Origin: Acidimicrobiales bacterium
GTDB taxonomy: Bacteria > Actinomycetota > Acidimicrobiia > Acidimicrobiales > Bog-793
Direction of reading: 5' to 3'
Length of the DNA stretch: 64,000 bases
Assembly: GCA_035533595.1 (NCBI GenBank)
Contig: DATLTN010000032.1
Span: forward strand, 184-64,183
In this document: piece by piece, positions 58,714 to 64,000 of the stretch
Numbering within the stretch: the stretch's first letter is position 1
How the letters are laid out: the number at the start of each line of letters is the position of its first letter
The notes under the pieces: generated by a model
What the model saw: only the letters and a program-made list of their open reading frames with translations
Told to the model about the DNA's origin: nothing
The model's database searches: none
Translations under genes and position numbers: made by a program

Positions 58714-60024
58714 TTACTTGAAGTACTTGTTGATCGATGCCGCAGGCTGCGAGAACACGACCTTCAGCTGGCCGCTCGGCTGCAGCTTCAACAGCTGGAA
58801 GCCCGACGGGGGCCAGTTCCACTGGTTGAAGATGAGCTGGCCGGAGGCCCCCTCGTACTGGATCTTCTTGTTCTGCTTCAAGAGGGCGTAGCCCTGGGCG
58901 TAGGTGCTGACGACCGTCGCCCCGGGGTTGTTCGTGACCTTCTTGATGTACTTCAGGTACCTGCTCGGGCTCGTCGAGTGCGCCTCGTCCATCGCAAGGG
59001 CCATGATGTTCAGCCCGTCATACAGCGAGTACTGCGGCGGCACCGGGGCCCCCGCCTTCGGGTAGTACTTGCTGTACTCCTTGTTGAAGTACGGCTGGCC
59101 GGGCGCGCTCGCGGGTGCGATGTTCTCGATGTAAAGGAACTTCGCCAAGACGGCCATCCCGCCCAACGCCTTTGCCACCGTCGAGAAGTACTGCGGACTG
59201 TCGTTCTCACCGCCGCCGATGACCGTCATCCCGAGAAGGCCGAGCTGCTTCATGTCCGAGAACATCGTCGCCGCCGTCTGTGGGTCCGTCTCGGTAATGA
59301 GGATCTGGGCGTGTGAGGAGGCGAGCCTTTCCACCTCGGTTCGGTACGACGACTGATCGACCGGGAGGGTCTCGTTGAGCACGATGTCCCCGTTGTGGGC
59401 CTTCACCTCGGCCACGATCGACGGCACGTTCGACTGGGCGGTGCCGCTCGAGTCGAACATGAGCGCGATCTTCTTGTTTCCAAAGTGCAAGACGGACTGC
59501 GCCATCGCGACTCCCTGGACCGAGTCCGGGGACGAGAGCCGGTAGAGGAACTTGTAGTTGCTGTGGTCGAGCTGTGGCGGGCCAGCAAGGCTCATCGTGA
59601 CGAGTTGGTGCTGGTTGACCACCGGAGCGAGTGCGGTCGCATTGCTCGAATCGAGCCCCTCCATGCCGGAAAGGTTCGAATGCTGGACGAACATCCGCTG
59701 CAGGGCGGGGACCGCGTCCACCGGGTCCGAGCCGGAGTCCGTCGAGACCACCTGGGCCGGGCGCCCGAGGATCCCACCCGCCTTATTGATGATCGAAATA
59801 CCCATCTTCACCGGCGGCAGGTTGAACGTCGTGCCGATGAACGCATTTGCGCCCGAGAACGGGCTGAACACGTCAAAGAGGACCGGTGTGCCACTCGGGG
59901 CTTTCGATTGTGGAACCGCAGCGTTGCTCGCTCCGCATGCGGCGAGCGCCAGGACTGGCGCCAGCACTGCGGCAGCTACCTTCCCATTTCTCGACAACAC
60001 CCTCCCAACAGTTGGATGTCTCAT
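58714..60024 (-). CDS. branched-chain amino acid type (LivK-like) ABC substrate-binding lipoprotein
   Basis: Lipobox LAAC; INKAGGILGR; ATG at 60024 after GGAGAAGAA. Confidence 0.85.
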   Translation of the reverse strand: MRHPTVGRVLSRNGKVAAAVLAPVLALAACGASNAAVPQSKAPSGTPVLFDVFSPFSGANAFIGTTFNLPPVKMGISIINKAGGILGRPAQVVSTDSGSDPVDAVPALQRMFVQHSNLSGMEGLDSSNATALAPVVNQHQLVTMSLAGPPQLDHSNYKFLYRLSSPDSVQGVAMAQSVLHFGNKKIALMFDSSGTAQSNVPSIVAEVKAHNGDIVLNETLPVDQSSYRTEVERLASSHAQILITETDPQTAATMFSDMKQLGLLGMTVIGGGENDSPQYFSTVAKALGGMAVLAKFLYIENIAPASAPGQPYFNKEYSKYYPKAGAPVPPQYSLYDGLNIMALAMDEAHSTSPSRYLKYIKKVTNNPGATVVSTYAQGYALLKQNKKIQYEGASGQLIFNQWNWPPSGFQLLKLQPSGQLKVVFSQPAASINKYFK

Positions 60025-60088
60025 TTCTTCCCCCCTCTGTGTTCGCTGGGCAACCACCCAAGCACCTATGTCGCCAATATTCTGACTT

Positions 60089-60862
60089 CTACGCACGTCC
60101 GTCCTGCGATCGGAGGACAACCTGCTGGCCCATGAAGATCCGGCCGAGGTCGTGCAGGTTCTCGAGCATTTCGACCCCGCTCGCCTCGACCGCGTTCTTG
60201 CCGTCGACGAGGACATGGACCCAGTCGGCGATCTCCATGATCGCCTTCGCCTTCTGCTCGACGACGAGGAGCGCAAGCTGCTGGGAGCGGAGCAGCTCGA
60301 GGTGCTCCCAGACCGTCTTCATCGCCCTCGGCGACAGCCCTGCGCTCGGCTCGTCCATCAAGATCGCACTCGGCGAGCTCATCAGCGCCCGGGCGATCGC
60401 GAGCACCCGGCGCTCTCCTCCGCTCAGTGTTCGGGCGCGCTGGCGCATCCTGCTCGCGAGGAGTGGAAAGAGCTCGAGCAGCTCCTCGCGCTTGTGCTCT
60501 CGGGCGGCCTTGTTGGTAATCCCGCCGATCATCAGGTTTTCACTGATCGTGAGGTGATCGAAAACATCGCCGACCTGGGGCACGTAGCCAATCCCTGCCT
60601 TCACCATCTCGTCGGGTCGCAGCCCGGTGAGATCGCGTCCATCGAGCGACACTGAACCCGATTGTGGCTTCAGGAGGCCCATCATGGCCTTCAGCAGCGT
60701 GGACTTCCCCGCGCCGTTCGGACCGATGAGGGCGACCAGGCGACCCGACTCGGTCCCGATCGACGCCTCCTTCACAATCGGGACAGGCCCATAGCCCGCG
60801 ATCAGCTGATCCACGCGCAAACGGTGAGTGCCGGTGACAAAGGACGTCGTCGCCTCAGTCAA
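60089..60862 (-). CDS. LivF-like ABC ATP-binding protein
   Basis: GPNGAGKST, LSGGERR, MDEPSAGL. Confidence 0.92.
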   Translation of the reverse strand: MTEATTSFVTGTHRLRVDQLIAGYGPVPIVKEASIGTESGRLVALIGPNGAGKSTLLKAMMGLLKPQSGSVSLDGRDLTGLRPDEMVKAGIGYVPQVGDVFDHLTISENLMIGGITNKAAREHKREELLELFPLLASRMRQRARTLSGGERRVLAIARALMSSPSAILMDEPSAGLSPRAMKTVWEHLELLRSQQLALLVVEQKAKAIMEIADWVHVLVDGKNAVEASGVEMLENLHDLGRIFMGQQVVLRSQDGRA

Positions 60863-61610
60863 GGTAGGCCTCGAGCACTCGTTCGTCCTGGCGGAGCTCG
60901 GCCATCGTGCCCCGTGAGAGCACGCTCCCTTGAGCCATCGCGTAGACCGTCTCGCAGAGCCGGTCCACCACCTCGAGGTCGTGTTCGATCACAAGGAACG
61001 TGAGACCCGAGCGTCCGAGTTCGAGGATGTGATCGACGATGCGATCGATGAGCACCCCGGCCACGCCGGCCATCGGTTCGTCGAGCACGAGCATCTCCGG
61101 CTCGGCCATCAGTGCCCGCGCGATCTCGAGCAGGCGCTTTTGGCCACCCGAGAGGTTGCCCGCGTACTCATTCTCCAGCGCGCCAAGCCCGAAGGACTGC
61201 AGGTACTCGCGGGCTTTCGCGAGGAGCCGGTACTCCTCGTCGATCCAGCTCCGCCGGTTGAAGATCGCTCGACCAAAGCTGGTCCCAATCTGCTTCGGCG
61301 CCACAAGCATGTTCTCGAGCAGTGTCATCCAGGGAAACTCGCTCGAAAGCTGGAACGTCCGGATAAGCCCGGTGCGCGCAACGCGATACGGCGGTAGACC
61401 AGTGATGTCCTGGCCGTTGAAGCGCACCGTCCCATCCTCGGGACGGATGTGACCCGAGATGACGTTGACGAGCGTCGACTTCCCGGCGCCGTTCGGCCCA
61501 ATGAGCCCAGTCACAGTGCCCCGCTCGATCTCCAAGGAGGCATCGACGACGGCGCGTACACCGCCGAACGAGCGGCTCACGTGTTCGCAACTCAAGATGG
61601 CATCAGTCAC
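60855..61610 (-). CDS. LivG-like ABC ATP-binding protein
   Basis: SFGGV, GPNGAGKST, LSGGQKR, LDEPMAG, IEHD. Confidence 0.92.
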   Translation of the reverse strand: MTDAILSCEHVSRSFGGVRAVVDASLEIERGTVTGLIGPNGAGKSTLVNVISGHIRPEDGTVRFNGQDITGLPPYRVARTGLIRTFQLSSEFPWMTLLENMLVAPKQIGTSFGRAIFNRRSWIDEEYRLLAKAREYLQSFGLGALENEYAGNLSGGQKRLLEIARALMAEPEMLVLDEPMAGVAGVLIDRIVDHILELGRSGLTFLVIEHDLEVVDRLCETVYAMAQGSVLSRGTMAELRQDERVLEAYLD

Positions 61611-61655
61611 GGACTTCCGCCTTTACCCGGGTGTGAACCGTCACGGCGTCATTCA

Positions 61656-62627
61656 TCATCGAGAACGCGCTAGTCCGAGAGGCGCGGGCGCACGTCGCCA
61701 CTTGGACTTCTGCTCCGGGATGAGCCCTCGCGGCCGGAACCACAAGAACGCTACCAGCGCGACCCCGTAGATGATCCACTGGATCGCGTAGCTGAGTTCC
61801 GGATTGTTCGAGAATCCAGGGAGAAACGACGTGCCCTGGCCGACGAGGATGAACGTCGCGAGAGTGCCGACTGCGGCACCCCAGTTGTTCGCTCGACCAC
61901 CGATGATCATCGCCGCGGTCGCAGGAAAGATCTCTGTGAAGGACCAAGGTTGCATGCCCCAGACCGTCACGTACTCCGCCAGCAGCCCGCCGGCCAGCGC
62001 CGCCATGGCCGAGCCACACACCGTCGCGATGAGGCGCACTTTGAACGGATTGATGCCGAGCGTCGCGGCCGCGGCCTCGTTCTCCCGTATCGACTTCGCC
62101 ATCCGGCCGAGCGGCGACTTGAAAAATCGCTCGCTGAACCAGAAGACAAGGATGCAGAAAAATGCGGCGATCCCGAGGAACAACCACTGGTACGCGTTAT
62201 AGGTCGTCACCGATGAGGAGAACGGCTGTGGGATCGAGTCGAGTCCGTTCTCGCCACCGAGAAAGTTCGGAAAGCCGTCGACGACCGTCCACACGATGCT
62301 CAAGATGGCAAGCGTCACGATGGCGAGATAGTGACCTCGCATCCGGTAGAGCGAGATCAGGCCCACGATGAGGCCGAGCACCGCGCCGACCACCATCGCG
62401 AGGAGCAGGGGGAGCGGGAAGGGCAACGATGCTCCGAAGAAATAGTGCTGTAACGAGAGCGCGTTCGGCGCGCCCAAGGAAAGGATCGCTGTCACGTAGG
62501 CACCGAGGCCGAGAAAAAGGACAAAGCCTAGGTTTGCCATGCCCATGAGCCCGAGCTGCAGGTTCGCCGAAAGCACCAAGATGAGCTGGGTAAAGAAGTA
62601 CACCCCGAGGGTGACCGCGTAGGCCAT
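61656..62627 (-). CDS. LivM-like ABC permease
   Basis: GHYLAIVTLA, GGENGL, SPLGRMAKSIRENE, MIIGG. Confidence 0.9.
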   Translation of the reverse strand: MAYAVTLGVYFFTQLILVLSANLQLGLMGMANLGFVLFLGLGAYVTAILSLGAPNALSLQHYFFGASLPFPLPLLLAMVVGAVLGLIVGLISLYRMRGHYLAIVTLAILSIVWTVVDGFPNFLGGENGLDSIPQPFSSSVTTYNAYQWLFLGIAAFFCILVFWFSERFFKSPLGRMAKSIRENEAAAATLGINPFKVRLIATVCGSAMAALAGGLLAEYVTVWGMQPWSFTEIFPATAAMIIGGRANNWGAAVGTLATFILVGQGTSFLPGFSNNPELSYAIQWIIYGVALVAFLWFRPRGLIPEQKSKWRRAPAPLGLARSR

Positions 62628-63520
62628 CAGGCGGTTCCTCCACCAGTGCTCGAGGTGAGCGAGCGAACGAGCCCCTCCGGTCGGAACAGCAGCGTCACGA
62701 CCAGCGCGACCAACGCGACGACAACATTGAAGAAAGGATCGATGAGTAGTGCAGCCCACTCGGCGACGACACCGATGATGATCGCTCCGACCATCGCTCC
62801 GTACGGGGAACCGATGCCCCCAAGCACCACGGCCGCGAGCAGTTCCGCAAGAAAGGCAGCGCCCGTGTTCACGTCGAACGTGGCCGTGTTGAAAGCGAGC
62901 ACGAGGCCAGCAATCCCGCACATCGTCCCGGTGAGGAACCAGGTCGCATTGAGCACCGCGGAGGTTCGGATTCCCGAGCACTGGGCGAGCATCGGGTTGA
63001 TCGCGACCGCTCGCATTGAGCGGCCGAAGTCGGTGCGGGTAAGGAGCAGGTGGATGCCGATCATCGAAGCGACCGCGATTGCGATGATGATCAGTTGCGC
63101 CTCACTGAGCTTGAGGCCAGCAAGCGAGTAGGTGTTGTTCCCCCCGACCGAGATGTTGAAGAACGTCGGACCCCAAATCGCGAGAATCACATACTCGAGG
63201 ATGGTGCCGGCCGCGAACGCGATGATGAGGAGGTAGAAGAACCGGATCCCGCGCTTCACGAACGGCTGGAGCAGGTACTGGTTGAAGGCCACGGACGCGA
63301 GCGCGACGCCGGCAACGGACAACACGATCGAGAGCCACTTGTCGAGGTGCAACTGCTGGTTAAGGGAGTAGTCCAGGTAGGGCGTGAGGATCATGAAGTC
63401 CACGTAGGCCAGGTTGAGGACGTTCGAAACCCCCCACTGGAGCGTGAACCCGACCGACGCGATCATGAGAATCGAGGCGACGACGATGCCAAAGCCCGTG
63501 GACGCGATGAAGAGCGTCAT
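62627..63520 (-). CDS. LivH-like ABC permease
   Basis: GFTLQWGVSNVLNLA, TDFGRSMRAVA, VVLGGIGSPYGA. Confidence 0.9.
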   Translation of the reverse strand: MTLFIASTGFGIVVASILMIASVGFTLQWGVSNVLNLAYVDFMILTPYLDYSLNQQLHLDKWLSIVLSVAGVALASVAFNQYLLQPFVKRGIRFFYLLIIAFAAGTILEYVILAIWGPTFFNISVGGNNTYSLAGLKLSEAQLIIIAIAVASMIGIHLLLTRTDFGRSMRAVAINPMLAQCSGIRTSAVLNATWFLTGTMCGIAGLVLAFNTATFDVNTGAAFLAELLAAVVLGGIGSPYGAMVGAIIIGVVAEWAALLIDPFFNVVVALVALVVTLLFRPEGLVRSLTSSTGGGTA

Positions 63521-63770
63521 CGCTGCACCAGATGATGGTCCGCCTGCCAGACGGCCATCGAATCGTGAACTGAGTCCGCCCGATCGCCGCGCGGAAAATC
63601 TCCGCCAGAACGCCTCAACGCTGTCCCCCCAAGGGTCAGTTGTGTCCGTTGTTTTCGTAATGCTTCAACATTCTGAGCCAACGCGGCGGCTCTCCAGGCT
63701 GCTGGCACTTGATCATACGAAATGACAGCGCGCTCGTGGCGATCGTTCTACCACAGAGCCGCTCGGAAGG

Positions 63771-64000
63771 GTAACTGTTCAGGTGTCTGAGGCGACCCTG
63801 GCCATCAGGCAGGCGGCTCTCTTGTAGGGAAGTCTTGAAAACGCACGGCCAGCGCATTTGTGGTTGCACAATGCTCGCGATTTCATCGCGCACCGACTGG
63901 ACTGGTGTTCGTGGAGCTCGACGAGGCCTCCAATGAGGAACTGAAGGAACAGGTCGCCGCTATGGCGGCGGAGAATGCCGAGCTGCGTGCCGCGCTCGCT
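63771..64000 (+). mobile_element. probable left end of an IS66-like element with a truncated ORF (63911 to window end)
   Basis: GTAACTGTTCAG at 63771 (IS66 ends start GTAA); ORF VELDEASNEELKEQVAAMAAENAELRAALA resembles the coiled-coil N-terminus of IS66-type transposases. Confidence 0.45.

Larger units (their letters stand above)
45842..64000. mobile_element. genomic island starting at the tRNA-Leu(CAA) 3' end; extends beyond the window
   Basis: Recombinase/transposase genes next to the tRNA, visibly more A/T at third codon positions than the core block, IS relics and unrelated cargo. Confidence 0.7.

Overview
Very GC-rich actinobacterial chromosome segment. Gene content and order point to Actinomycetota, possibly Acidimicrobiia (inference). 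The core block (about 2.9-45.7 kb) has secG-tpiA-pgk-gap-yvcK-rapZ-uvrC, uvrA, uvrB, coaE, rpsA, polA, a DtxR-type regulator, an ANTAR response regulator and menC. Several aromatic-catabolism genes and a 3084-aa surface protein gene are interspersed. The core is bracketed by two leucine tRNAs that both look like integration sites. At the left, tRNA-Leu(GAG) is followed by a tyrosine integrase and an IS110 element with a structured 5' non-coding end. At the right, tRNA-Leu(CAA) is followed by a more AT-rich island running past the window end. The island begins with a cluster of hairpins and an unusual translationally coupled pair: a degenerate short tyrosine recombinase and a 543-aa DDE transposase-like gene. 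It continues with a DUF6788-like gene and three copies of a 100-195 bp structured repeat that bracket single unrelated cargo genes (a DUF4157 effector-like gene and a secreted protein). Next come a peroxiredoxin-like gene, a catabolic/ABC-transport module, an IS1380-like relic and the start of an IS66-like element. No CRISPR array or rRNA was seen. Most long ORFs in the track are antisense or off-frame artefacts of high GC. All family assignments come from motifs I recognised by eye; no database search was run.
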